Assembly: GCA_002480525.1 (NCBI GenBank)
Contig: DLCH01000030.1
Location: 6,850 to 70,849 of the forward strand
Source of the DNA: Gammaproteobacteria bacterium UBA7803
GTDB lineage: Bacteria; Pseudomonadota; Gammaproteobacteria; Pseudomonadales; Azotimanducaceae
DNA length: 64,000 nt
Direction of reading: 5' to 3'
The notes under the pieces: model-generated
The model's input: only the letters and a program-made list of their open reading frames with translations
What the model was told of the DNA's origin: nothing
Database searches by the model: none
Made by a program: the position numbers and the translations under genes
Shown: positions 54,583 through 63,452 of the stretch, one piece after another
How positions within the stretch are numbered: position 1 is the first letter of the stretch
Layout: the number at the start of each line of letters is the position of its first letter

Positions 54583-55794
54583 ATGAGCACACTCGACGAC
54601 ACGCTGCCGGTGTCACCGACGTCGGCGGACGCCGGCGGCCGGCTGCACGACATCGTCGGCAGCTACCTGGAATCCCGGGCCGACACGCCGCTGCTGGTGC
54701 GCGAGCAGATCGCCCGGGACCCCGACCACCTGATGGCGCGCTGCATGATGGGCTACCTGAGCCGGCTGGCCGGCGACGCGGTCAACGCCGGCCGGGCGCG
54801 CCAGGTCCACGCCGACCTGACACGCCGCGTCGAAGCCGGCGCCGGCACCGCCTGGGAGCATGACCACGTCACCGCGCTCGGCCTGTGGCTCGACGACCGC
54901 CTCGACGTGCTGATGACCCATCTCGAAGGGGTGCTGGACGCCCAGCCCACGGACACCCTGGCGCTGCGGATGCTGCACTATCTGTACTTCTACGACGGCG
55001 ACGCCGCGCGCATGCGCGACTCCGTGCGCCGCCGGCTGCCGGGCTATGCCGGCCACCCGTTCGAGGCCTTCGTGCACGGCATGCTGTCCTTCGGCCTCGA
55101 GGAAGCCGGCGACTACGCCGAGGCCGAGACCGAGGGGCGGTCGGCGGTGGACCGCAATCCCAGGGACATCTGGGCCGCCCACGCGGTCGCCCACGTGATG
55201 GAGATGCAGGGACGTCCCGAGGACGGCATCGGCTGGATCCAGGGTCTGCGGCGGCACTGGGACGGCGCCAACAACTTCCGCCATCACCTCGACTGGCACG
55301 AGGCTCTGTTTCACCTGCGCCGGCACGACCTGGACGCGGTGCTGCGGCTCTACGACGACACCGTCGGCCCCGCCATCGCGGACGACTTCTACCTGGACCT
55401 GTGCAACGCCGCCTCGCTGCTGCTGCGGATCGAGGCGGCCGGCGGCGAGGTGGGCGACCGCTGGCAACCGCTGGCCCGGATCGCCGAAGGCCACGTCGAG
55501 GACACCGAGCTGGTGTTCGCGAGCCTGCACTACCTGATGCCGCTGCTGAAGACGGGGCATCCCGCCGCGGCGCGGCTGCTGGCCACGCTCGAGGCCTGGT
55601 CCGCGAGGGACACTACCCAGGGGCGGGTGGTGGCCCAGGTGGCGCTGGACGTCGCCCACTTCCTGGAAGCGCTGAACCGGCGCGACCGGGCGTCGGCCGC
55701 CGCCGCCCACGACCGCTTCCGGCAGGGACTGCACCGCATCGGCGGCAGCCATGCCCAGCGGGCCCTGTTCCACCTGCTGAACGACGCCGCCTGA
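54583..55794 (+). CDS. TTC38-like tetratricopeptide-repeat protein
   Basis: GGAGG SD. 403 aa, helical-repeat protein with DIWAAHAVAHVMEMQGR and NNFRHHLDWHEALF motifs recalled from the TTC38 family. Confidence 0.65.
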   Translation: MSTLDDTLPVSPTSADAGGRLHDIVGSYLESRADTPLLVREQIARDPDHLMARCMMGYLSRLAGDAVNAGRARQVHADLTRRVEAGAGTAWEHDHVTALGLWLDDRLDVLMTHLEGVLDAQPTDTLALRMLHYLYFYDGDAARMRDSVRRRLPGYAGHPFEAFVHGMLSFGLEEAGDYAEAETEGRSAVDRNPRDIWAAHAVAHVMEMQGRPEDGIGWIQGLRRHWDGANNFRHHLDWHEALFHLRRHDLDAVLRLYDDTVGPAIADDFYLDLCNAASLLLRIEAAGGEVGDRWQPLARIAEGHVEDTELVFASLHYLMPLLKTGHPAAARLLATLEAWSARDTTQGRVVAQVALDVAHFLEALNRRDRASAAAAHDRFRQGLHRIGGSHAQRALFHLLNDAA

Positions 55795-55796
55795 CC

Positions 55797-57104
55797 GTGG
55801 CCGCCACCGGCAAACTCAGCGAGCGCATCGCCCGCCGGCCCTGGTACAAGTGGTACGCCCTGTCGGTGCTGACCCTGGTGTACGCCTCCAGCCAGGTGGA
55901 CCGTCAGATCATGGGCATGGTGCTGGAGCCCATCAAACAGGACCTCGGCGCCAGCGACACCGCCATGGGTTTCCTGGTGGGTCTGACCTTCGCCCTGTTC
56001 TACGCCACCCTGGGCATGCCCATCGCGATGTTCGCCGACCGCAGCCACCGGCGGAACATCGTCACCGCGGCCATCACCATCTGGAGCGCCATGACGGTGG
56101 CCTGCGGGTACGCGGCCAACTTCCTGCAGCTCGCCCTGGCCCGGATCGGGGTCGGCGTCGGCGAGGCCGGCTCGACGCCGCCGTCACACTCCATCATCTC
56201 GGACCTGTTTCCCACGCAGACCCGGGGCACCGCCATGGGCATCTTCGCCCTCGGCGTGAACCTCGGCCTGCTGATCGCCTATCTGGGCGGCGGCTGGCTG
56301 GTGGACAACGTCGGCTGGCGCATGACCTTCGTGGCCGTCGGCGTTCCCGGGCTCGCCATCGCCGCCCTGCTCTACCTGACCACCATCGAGCCCGAGCGCG
56401 GCGCATCGGACGCCCGGCCGCCAATGCCCGGCGAGGGCGCGCCGCCGTTCCGCCAGGTGTGGGCGCACATGTGGCGGGTCAGGTCGATCCGGCATTCCAC
56501 CATCGGCGCGGCACTGGCCGGCTTCATCGGCTACGGCTTCGTGCTGTGGATGCCGACCTTCCTGATCCGCTCCCACGGCCTGAGTCCGTCGGAGGTGGGC
56601 ATCGCGCTCGCCCTGCTCACGGGCGTGGTCGGCGGCCTCGGCACCTTCACCGCCGGACGTCTGGCGGACACGCTGGCGCGCCGCGACGAGCGCTGGCGCG
56701 CCTGGGTGGTCGCCGCCGGCAAGGGCGGCTACGTGCCGTTCCTCGCCGCCGTCTTCCTGGTGGACGATCTGTGGTGGGCCCTGGGCCTGTACGTCATCCC
56801 CGCGTTCTTCGGCGGCTTCTACCTGGCGCCGACCTTCGCGCTGGTCCAGGGGCTGGTGAGCCTGCGCATGCGGGCGCTGGCGTCGAGCATCGTGCTGTTC
56901 ATCCTGAACATCATCGGCCTCGGCTTCGGCCCTCAACTCGTGGGCGTCATGTCCGATCTGTTCGCGGACGCCTACGGCCAGGAATCCCTGCGCATGTCGC
57001 TGCTGGTGCTGAGCTTCCTGAACCTGTGGTGCGCGCTGCACTACTACCTGGCGGGGCGCCACCTGCCCCGGGACCAGGCCGCGCAGACCGCGGCGGCCGG
57101 CTGA
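55797..57104 (+). CDS. MFS transporter
   Basis: GTG start 2 nt after the preceding stop. 12-TM pattern, with the MFS motif GMPIAMFADRSHRRN between TM2 and TM3. Confidence 0.85.
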   Translation: MAATGKLSERIARRPWYKWYALSVLTLVYASSQVDRQIMGMVLEPIKQDLGASDTAMGFLVGLTFALFYATLGMPIAMFADRSHRRNIVTAAITIWSAMTVACGYAANFLQLALARIGVGVGEAGSTPPSHSIISDLFPTQTRGTAMGIFALGVNLGLLIAYLGGGWLVDNVGWRMTFVAVGVPGLAIAALLYLTTIEPERGASDARPPMPGEGAPPFRQVWAHMWRVRSIRHSTIGAALAGFIGYGFVLWMPTFLIRSHGLSPSEVGIALALLTGVVGGLGTFTAGRLADTLARRDERWRAWVVAAGKGGYVPFLAAVFLVDDLWWALGLYVIPAFFGGFYLAPTFALVQGLVSLRMRALASSIVLFILNIIGLGFGPQLVGVMSDLFADAYGQESLRMSLLVLSFLNLWCALHYYLAGRHLPRDQAAQTAAAG

Positions 57105-57132
57105 TCCTGGCCGCCGCCCGCGCCGCCGCGCC

Positions 57133-58386
57133 CTATTCCAGGGTGGCGTAGTTCGTGGAGCGGTCGCCGGCGCGCCGGTCCCGCACCAGCGCCACGCACT
57201 CGGCCAGGTCGGCGACGTAGCGGTCCATCACCCCGGTGTTGGAGTTGCTCACCGTCGAATGCAGGGTGTCCGGTGGCCCCTGCCGGTCGTGGAACCAGCC
57301 CCGCTCGAGCAGCGCGTCCCCCAGGGCGAACACGTCCACCGGACGCGGCGACGAGGGGTCCGAAGCGAGCGCGACCAGATGGAAACGGCTGTCGCCCAGC
57401 ACCCGGATGCCGTCGATTCCGGCGATCGCCGCGCGCATGCGGTCGGCATTCTCCAGGGTGACCCGGGTCAGCTCGAGGTAACCCTCGAGCCCCAGGTGCT
57501 GCATCACCGCCCAGGCCGTCGCCATCGGCATGCCGGAGCGGCTGCCCTGGAGGTTCGGCGACGCGTAGAAGCCGCCGAGCCAGTCCTCGAACACGAAGGT
57601 CTGGTAGCGCCGCAGCGCCTTCGAGCGATGCAGAATCACCGACACGCCCTTGGGGGCGTAGCCGAGCTTGTGGATGTCGGCGGAGATGGAGGTGACGCCG
57701 TCCACGCGGAAATCCCAGGGGGGCACCTCGCGGCCGAGCCGCTCGGCGAACGGCAGCACGAAGCCGCCCATGCAGCCGTCGACGTGACAGTTGGCGCCCG
57801 CCTGCTGCGCGAGGGCGGCGATCTCGGGGATCGGATCCACGACGCCCTGGGGATACTGGGGCGCCGAGCCCACCACCAGCACGGTGTTCGGGCCGACGGC
57901 GTCCGCCATCGCCGCGACGTCCGCGGTCCAGTCGTCGCGCACCGGCGTCTTGCGCACGGTCAGGCCGAACAGGTGGGCCGCCTTGTGGAACGCCGCGTGG
58001 GCGCTTTCCGCCAGCACGATCTCACCGGCGGTGATGCCGCGTTCCTCGCGGCCGCGTTCCCGGGCCGCCAGCACCCCGCAGAGAATCGACTCCGTGCCGC
58101 CGCTGGTGAGAAAGCCGGCGGCGCCCTCGGGGCCGTGCAGCAGGTCCGCGGTCCAGCCGACCACCTCCGACTGGATCTCACCCAGCGACGGAAACGCCCG
58201 GGTGTTCAGCGCGTTCTCGTGGAGGTAGAGGGCGGCCGCCCGCTCCGCCACCTCGTGCACCCCGGGGCCACCGTCGTAGATCATGCCGAAGGCCTTGCCC
58301 TCGCGCCATTTGACGTCGCGGGCGCGCTTGGCCTCGAGCGCGGCCAGCACGTCGTCGGCCGGGCGGCCCCGTTCCGGAAAGGTCAT
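57133..58386 (-). CDS. Group-II PLP-dependent decarboxylase-fold enzyme, sphingosine-1-phosphate lyase-like
   Basis: 417 aa. TSGGTESI and the PLP-lysine block SISADIHKLGYAPKG resemble the SPL/GAD group signature ADxHKxGxxPKG. No N-terminal TM segment. Confidence 0.75.
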   Translation of the reverse strand: MTFPERGRPADDVLAALEAKRARDVKWREGKAFGMIYDGGPGVHEVAERAAALYLHENALNTRAFPSLGEIQSEVVGWTADLLHGPEGAAGFLTSGGTESILCGVLAARERGREERGITAGEIVLAESAHAAFHKAAHLFGLTVRKTPVRDDWTADVAAMADAVGPNTVLVVGSAPQYPQGVVDPIPEIAALAQQAGANCHVDGCMGGFVLPFAERLGREVPPWDFRVDGVTSISADIHKLGYAPKGVSVILHRSKALRRYQTFVFEDWLGGFYASPNLQGSRSGMPMATAWAVMQHLGLEGYLELTRVTLENADRMRAAIAGIDGIRVLGDSRFHLVALASDPSSPRPVDVFALGDALLERGWFHDRQGPPDTLHSTVSNSNTGVMDRYVADLAECVALVRDRRAGDRSTNYATLE

Positions 58387-58464
58387 CCGCTGCTCCCCTT
58401 GCCTGCCAGAACCCGAGCATACCCTAGTGTGGTGCCCCGGGCGGGGCTTCGACGACCGGCAGCC

Positions 58465-59226
58465 TCAGCCGCCGTCGCGGCAGCCCTCCTCCCGGCGCAG
58501 CAGCGCCGCCATGCCGGGCAGCCGGCCGGCGGCGGGCATCTGCCGGAGTATTGCCCGCTGCCGCTCGCGCACGTAGGCGCTCGGCGACGTCACGCTGAAG
58601 CGCCCGGGGCTCGGCAGCACCGCGGCCAGCAGCGCGGCTTCGGCCGGCTCGAGCCGCCCCGCCGGCTTGCCGAAGTAGCGCTCCGCCGCCGCGCCGGCGC
58701 CGTACACGCCGGGACCGAACTCCGCCACGTTGAGGTACACCTCGAGAATCCGCCGCTTCGGCCAGAGCGCCTCGATGGCCACGGTCAGCCCGGCCTCCAG
58801 CACCTTGCGCACCCAGCTCTGTCCGCGCCACAGAAACAGGTTCTTGGCGGTCTGCTGACTGAGCGTGCTGGCGCCGCGCAGGCGCCCGCCGTCACGGGCG
58901 TCCGCCAGCGCCCGGCCGATCTGGTCGAAGTCGAAGCCGTGATGGGTGGGAAACTTCTGGTCCTCGGCCGCGATCACCGCTACGGCGAGCGCATCCGGAA
59001 GGCAGGCCCAGTCCACCCAGCGGTGATCGATCCGCCGCGGCTCGCCCGCCAGCCAGCCGTCGAGGCGTTCCGCCAGCATGAACGCGCTGGTGGGCGGGGG
59101 AACGTGACGGCCGGCCGCCCCCAGGGCGATGCCGCCCAGGGCAACGCCGGCGGCCACGATCCAGACCGCCCGCCACAGCCGCCGCCAGGGCGCCCGGCGC
59201 CGCGCTGCTCGATAGGGCGGTACCAC
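58465..59226 (-). CDS. mtgA: Monofunctional biosynthetic peptidoglycan transglycosylase
   Basis: N-terminal TM anchor, then GT51 motifs AVIAAEDQKFPTHHGFD, GASTLSQQTAKNLFL and RILEVYLNVAEFG. GTG start. Confidence 0.9.
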   Translation of the reverse strand: MVPPYRAARRRAPWRRLWRAVWIVAAGVALGGIALGAAGRHVPPPTSAFMLAERLDGWLAGEPRRIDHRWVDWACLPDALAVAVIAAEDQKFPTHHGFDFDQIGRALADARDGGRLRGASTLSQQTAKNLFLWRGQSWVRKVLEAGLTVAIEALWPKRRILEVYLNVAEFGPGVYGAGAAAERYFGKPAGRLEPAEAALLAAVLPSPGRFSVTSPSAYVRERQRAILRQMPAAGRLPGMAALLRREEGCRDGG

Positions 59227-59309
59227 CTGCCATCACACCTCGCCAATGCGGCGCCCAGTGTACCGCCACCGGGTCGCTGCCCGCCGCCGAACTGTTAGAC
59301 TCGCGGGCC

Positions 59310-59609
59310 ATGAGCCGGGGGGCAGACAGCGGCGGCAGCCGCGCGAGCGAGGGACGCGTCGAAGGACGGGTTCAGGGCGTGTCGTTCCGCGCCGCCATGC
59401 AGGCGGCGGCGCGCCGCTGCGGCGCCGCAGGATGGGTCCGCAACCGCCCGGACGGCAGCGTCGAGTTCCTGGTCCAGGGCGATGCCGCCGCCGTTCAGGC
59501 CATGCTGGACTGGGCCCGCCGCGGCCCGCCCGGTGCGAGCGTCGATGCATTCAACGCCCGGGAGACCGACCCGAGCCCCGGGCTCACCGACTTCGAGGTA
59601 CGATTCTGA
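59310..59609 (+). CDS. acyP: Acylphosphatase
   Basis: VEGRVQGVSFRAAMQAAARRCGAAGWVRNRPDGSVEFLVQGDAAAVQAMLDW is the canonical V.G.VQGV.FR and GWV.N motif pair. Confidence 0.85.
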   Translation: MSRGADSGGSRASEGRVEGRVQGVSFRAAMQAAARRCGAAGWVRNRPDGSVEFLVQGDAAAVQAMLDWARRGPPGASVDAFNARETDPSPGLTDFEVRF

Positions 59610-59629
59610 GCAAGCAGAACCTGCGCATC

Positions 59630-60397
59630 ATGAGCTGGAACGTCAACGGCCTGCGCGCCTGCGCCGGCAAGGGCTTCCTGGACGTCCTGAACGGCTGCGG
59701 CCTCGACATCGCCGGTCTCCAGGAAGTCCGCGCTTTTCCCGACCAGCTCGAGGAGCCGGTGCGCGCGCCCGATGGCTGGCACGCCTGCTTCGCCCCGGCG
59801 GAACGGCCGGGCTACAGCGGCGTCGCCATCTACAGCCGCCGTGAACCCGACGACGTGGAAACGTCGCTCGGCGACGCCCGATTCGACGCCGAAGGCCGCT
59901 TCGTGATGGCACGCTTCGGCCGCCTCAGGGTCGCCAGCGTGTATTTCCCCAAAGGCAGCGGCCGGGAGCGTGACAACAGCCGGGTACCCTACAAGCTCGA
60001 CTTCTACGCCGCCGTGTTCGAGCAGGTCGAGCGCCTGAAGCGCGCCGGGCCGCTGCTGGTGATGGGCGACTTCAACACCGCCCACCGGGAGATCGACCTG
60101 GCGCGGCCGGCATCGAACCGCAAGACCAGCGGTTTCCTGCCGGAGGAACGGGCCGAGCTGGATCGCTGGCTCGACGCCGGCTGGATCGACACGTTCCGCA
60201 GCCGGCATCCGGACACGCCGGACCGCTACACCTGGTGGGCCCAGTGGGGCGGCGCCCGGGCCAGGAACGTCGGCTGGCGGATCGACTACGTGCTGGCCTC
60301 GCCGGCCGCCGACCGGCGTATCACCGACGCCTTCATCTGGGACCACGTCACGGGCTCGGACCACTGCCCCGTCGGCGTCGAGCTGCTGCCCGGCTGA
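59630..60397 (+). CDS. xth: Exodeoxyribonuclease III family nuclease (second paralogue)
   Basis: MSWNVNGLRA, GLQEV, MGDFNTAHREID, RIDYVL and SDHCPV. Alignment with the first paralogue suggests the homologous N-terminus is a CTG codon at 59621. Confidence 0.85.
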   Translation: MSWNVNGLRACAGKGFLDVLNGCGLDIAGLQEVRAFPDQLEEPVRAPDGWHACFAPAERPGYSGVAIYSRREPDDVETSLGDARFDAEGRFVMARFGRLRVASVYFPKGSGRERDNSRVPYKLDFYAAVFEQVERLKRAGPLLVMGDFNTAHREIDLARPASNRKTSGFLPEERAELDRWLDAGWIDTFRSRHPDTPDRYTWWAQWGGARARNVGWRIDYVLASPAADRRITDAFIWDHVTGSDHCPVGVELLPG

Positions 60398-60417
60398 CCC
60401 CGGATGCCCGTGGCGCC

Positions 60418-61188
60418 TCAGTCAGCCGCCGCTTCGCGGGCGGCGGCTTCCCGGGCGGCGCGAACCTTGTCGCTGGTCTGGTTGAACAGGATCTCCCGGC
60501 GGCGGCGTTCTTCCTCCTCGGTCCGCTCCTGCTGCCCCAGCTCGCGCTGAACCCGCCAGCCCCGGTCCACCGCCGGGCGGGCGCCCACGGCGTCGACCCA
60601 GCGCTTGAGATGGGGAAAGCGGGTCCAGACGTCTTCGTCGATGAGGCGCCCGGCGGCCATGGCCCAGGGCCAGGTGACGATGTCGGCGATCGAGTACTCC
60701 GCGCCGGCCAGATGCTCGTTGGCCGAGAGCTGGGCGTCCATCACCCCGCACAGCCGGTCCACCTCGCCGACGAAGCGCCGGGTGCCGTACTCGAGCTGGG
60801 CGGGGTCCTCCGCCAGGTTCCTGCCGTAGTTCTTGAAGTGATTGGCGTTGCCCATCATCGGCCCGAGGTTGGCCATCTGCCAGTGCACCCACTGGAGGGT
60901 CCGGTAGCGCTGGCGCGGCTCGGACGCCAGGAACCTGCCGGTCTTGTCCGCCAGGTACTCGAGGATGGCGCCGGATTCGAAGATCGACAGCGGCTCTCCG
61001 CCGCCGAGCGGCTCGTGGTCGACGATGGCGGGCATCCGGTTGTTCGGGCTGATCCGCAGGAACCCGGGCTTGAACTGGTCGCCGCCGCCGATGTCCACGG
61101 GCACGATGCGGTAATCGAGGCCGCACTCCTCCAGCATGATGGTGACTTTCCAGCCGTTGGGCGTGGGCCAGTAGTGCACGTCGATCAT
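60418..61188 (-). CDS. Nu-class glutathione S-transferase (YfcG/YghU-like) with charged C-terminal tail
   Basis: MIDVHYWPTPNGWKVTIMLEE...ISPNNRMPAIVD...ESGAILEYLA... is typical of Nu-class GSTs. A Glu/Arg-rich extension of about 45 aa follows. Confidence 0.85.
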   Translation of the reverse strand: MIDVHYWPTPNGWKVTIMLEECGLDYRIVPVDIGGGDQFKPGFLRISPNNRMPAIVDHEPLGGGEPLSIFESGAILEYLADKTGRFLASEPRQRYRTLQWVHWQMANLGPMMGNANHFKNYGRNLAEDPAQLEYGTRRFVGEVDRLCGVMDAQLSANEHLAGAEYSIADIVTWPWAMAAGRLIDEDVWTRFPHLKRWVDAVGARPAVDRGWRVQRELGQQERTEEEERRRREILFNQTSDKVRAAREAAAREAAAD

Positions 61189-61243
61189 GGGACGCTCCTG
61201 CGCGGTGGCGGTGATGTGAGGGTCAGGTACCGTCGGCAGGCTA

Positions 61244-61567
61244 TCAGCCGAGCAGGAACCCGGGAACCCTGCCCGGCGCCTCGATCCGCACCCGCTTCAG
61301 GCGCCCGGTCGCGCCCCGCTCGATGGACACCCGGGATCTCGGAACGTCGAACTGCCCGGCCAGCACGTCCGTCAGCCTGCGGTTGGCCTTGCCATCCACG
61401 GGCGGGGCCAGCACCCTCACCTTGAGGCAATCGGCTTCGGGCACGACCGAGTCGGCGCTGGCCCGCGGCACCACCCGGACCGCCAGCAGCAGGTCCCCGC
61501 CGTCCCAGCGCGCGCCACAGCGCAGCGGCCCGCCCGGAGCCCCGGCATCTGGAGCATCGTCATGCAT
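61244..61567 (-). CDS. DUF167 (YggU) family protein
   Basis: LLLAVRVVPRASADSVV...LKVRVLAPPVDGKANRRLTDVLAGQFDVPRSRVSIERGATGRLKRVRI is the canonical DUF167 core. Start at the only nearby ATG, with a weak SD. Confidence 0.65.
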   Translation of the reverse strand: MHDDAPDAGAPGGPLRCGARWDGGDLLLAVRVVPRASADSVVPEADCLKVRVLAPPVDGKANRRLTDVLAGQFDVPRSRVSIERGATGRLKRVRIEAPGRVPGFLLG

Positions 61568-61873
61568 TTCGTGTTCGAGGTTCACGTCCGTCCCGGCTAT
61601 CGCGCCGAACAGTACGCCGAAGCCTGGGTCCGCGCCAGCGAGCTGATCCAGCAGGCGCCCGGCGCCCGGGGTACGCGCCTGCACCGCAAGATCGGCGATC
61701 CGGACGTGCTGCTGGCCATCGCGAGCTGGGAGTCGAAGGCGGCCCGCGACGCCATGGAGTCACGGACCAGTCAGGCGGTGCGGGACATCATCGCCGAGCA
61801 GGCGCAGTTCGTGGAGGTGCGGGTCATCGGCGAGTTCGAGGATGCCGAGTGGGTGGTCGAACCCGGCGGATGA
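61562..61873 (+). CDS. Antibiotic-biosynthesis-monooxygenase (ABM) domain protein
   Basis: GGAG SD 7 nt upstream. 103-aa ferredoxin-like ABM pattern (MHFVFEVHVRPGY...LAIASWESKAARDAM). Confidence 0.7.
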   Translation: MHFVFEVHVRPGYRAEQYAEAWVRASELIQQAPGARGTRLHRKIGDPDVLLAIASWESKAARDAMESRTSQAVRDIIAEQAQFVEVRVIGEFEDAEWVVEPGG

Positions 61874-61875
61874 GC

Positions 61876-61901
61876 GGCCGGCGCCCCGCGGGACGCCGGC
61901 C
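61876..61901. terminator. GC hairpin between convergent genes
   Basis: GGCCGGCG-CCCCGCGGGA-CGCCGGCC has an 8-bp stem. No U-tract. Confidence 0.3.
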
Positions 61902-61924
61902 GAAGGCGGCTGCCGGGCGCAGCC

Positions 61925-63310
61925 TCAGGGTGCGAGGTCGTCCAGCAGCAGCAGGGTCGGCGGCACGCCGCCATTGACCTGATCGATGGCGGCCGCCGTG
62001 TACAGGCCGCCGCCGTCCAGGGTCAGCGTCACCGGACCGATCGCGGGCACCGTGGAACCCGCGCCCGTCACCACCACGTCGTAGCTGCCGGGGGCGAGCT
62101 CGACGTAGCCGGTGTCGGCCAGGAACGGCACGCCGCTGAAGGCCGGCGCCGCGCTGCTCAGATCACCGCCGGTGCCGCCGGGGACCACGTAGATGTCGAC
62201 CGCCCCTGCGGACGGAGACGCATGCAGAATGCGCACCCGGGCCTCGGTGGCGACGCGGCGGGTGTCGTCCACCAGCACCAGGGGGGCGATGTCCGCCAGC
62301 AGACCCGTGGCATAGACGCTGTAGGACGTCCCCTGGGCCAGGGTGAGATCGGCGTCGATCACCACCGGTGCATCCGCGCCGGTCGGAACGACCTTCACGT
62401 TGATGTCCCCGGGCGGCAGCCCGAGGTAATCCGTCCCGGCGCCGAAGGCGAGATCCACCACCGGCCGGCTGGCGAAGTCGTCGTTCGCCACCACGTCCAC
62501 GTTGGGCGCGTCCGGCGAGGCATGCACCACCCGCACGTCGCTCGGCGTGTCGACGTCGAGGAACTCGAGCGTGGTCGAGCCGGTGGTCGCCAGCAGCGAC
62601 ACCGGCGAGGCGCCGGTGGTGATGCTGGCGACCGCCGCCACCAGCAGGTCCGCGCCGCCGGGCAGCTCGATCGCGCCGGAGTCGTAGACGACCGTGGACG
62701 GCGAGCCGGGCAAGGCGACACGGATCCGGTAGGCACCCTCGGGCACCACCACGGCGTCCGGGGTCAGCGTCTCGCCGAAGGCGAACGTGCCCAGCGGCGC
62801 GCCGAGGGGATCCCCGGGCGCCGTGACGTACACCTCCACCGCGGGCGCGGCGGGCGCCGCGTGCAGCACACGCAGCCGCACCTCGTCGTCCGCGATCGCC
62901 GGCGGCGAGTCGGTCAGCACGATCGGGGCGATGCCGGCCACCTCGCCGGCGGCCACCACCGTCACGCGCTGGTCTTCACCAATGGTCACCGTCGGAGCGG
63001 CCTGGCCGGCCGCGGGAATGACTGTGACGTCGCCGCCGGGGACGTTGCCGACCACCTCGATGGGATAGTCGCCGACCTCGTAGGCGCTGACGCGCACGCC
63101 CTTGTAGGGCACGCTGCCGGCGATCTCGAGCCCGGCCACCCGGACGTCCACGTCGGGCGCGTCGGGCGAGGCGTGGATCACTTCGAGGGTGCCGGTGGGC
63201 TGGGGAACCTGGGGCTGGGCGGTCGACGAATCGCTGCCGCCACCGCTGCAGCCGGCGGCGAACAGCAGCGCGGCGGCAGACAGAGCTGATAACAGACGGA
63301 CCGGGGACAT
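61925..63310 (-). CDS. DUF4397-repeat lipoprotein
   Basis: Lipobox LFAAGC. Four internal modules each begin V/I-x-HASPDAP-x-VDV (LEVIHASPDAPDVDV, LRVLHAAPAAPAVEV, VRVVHASPDAPNVDV, VRILHASPSAGAVDI). Confidence 0.8.
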   Translation of the reverse strand: MSPVRLLSALSAAALLFAAGCSGGGSDSSTAQPQVPQPTGTLEVIHASPDAPDVDVRVAGLEIAGSVPYKGVRVSAYEVGDYPIEVVGNVPGGDVTVIPAAGQAAPTVTIGEDQRVTVVAAGEVAGIAPIVLTDSPPAIADDEVRLRVLHAAPAAPAVEVYVTAPGDPLGAPLGTFAFGETLTPDAVVVPEGAYRIRVALPGSPSTVVYDSGAIELPGGADLLVAAVASITTGASPVSLLATTGSTTLEFLDVDTPSDVRVVHASPDAPNVDVVANDDFASRPVVDLAFGAGTDYLGLPPGDINVKVVPTGADAPVVIDADLTLAQGTSYSVYATGLLADIAPLVLVDDTRRVATEARVRILHASPSAGAVDIYVVPGGTGGDLSSAAPAFSGVPFLADTGYVELAPGSYDVVVTGAGSTVPAIGPVTLTLDGGGLYTAAAIDQVNGGVPPTLLLLDDLAP

Positions 63311-63388
63311 TCGTGCGCTCCTTTGCTGAAGGTCGCACGAACTCTAGAGCGCGGCGGATCAAGCACCCGTCAAGGAAACGGCACCGGA

Positions 63389-63408
63389 TCGTTCACGGGT
63401 CGTTCACG
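63389..63408. promoter_or_regulatory. Direct repeat TCGTTCACG x2 with 11-bp phasing upstream of the DUF4397 gene
   Basis: Copies at 63389-63397 and 63400-63408, about 80-100 nt upstream of the minus-strand start at 63310. The spacing is typical of winged-helix response-regulator sites. Confidence 0.3.
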
Positions 63409-63452
63409 AAGTCGACGGCGCCGAGGCGGCCGGGCCGGGACCGGCCGGCGCA

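Noticed and set aside
61244-61684. Longer 146-aa version of the DUF167 gene starting at 61684
   Set aside because: The extension would overlap 120 nt of the ABM gene on the opposite strand and adds residues not seen in the compact DUF167 family. The start at 61567 is preferred, although its SD is weak.
63341-63352. TCTAGAGCGCGG resembling the TAGAGCGCGCC linker of the triple-hairpin array
   Set aside because: It is only a 10-nt match with no adjacent hairpin, which is insufficient to call another repeat copy.
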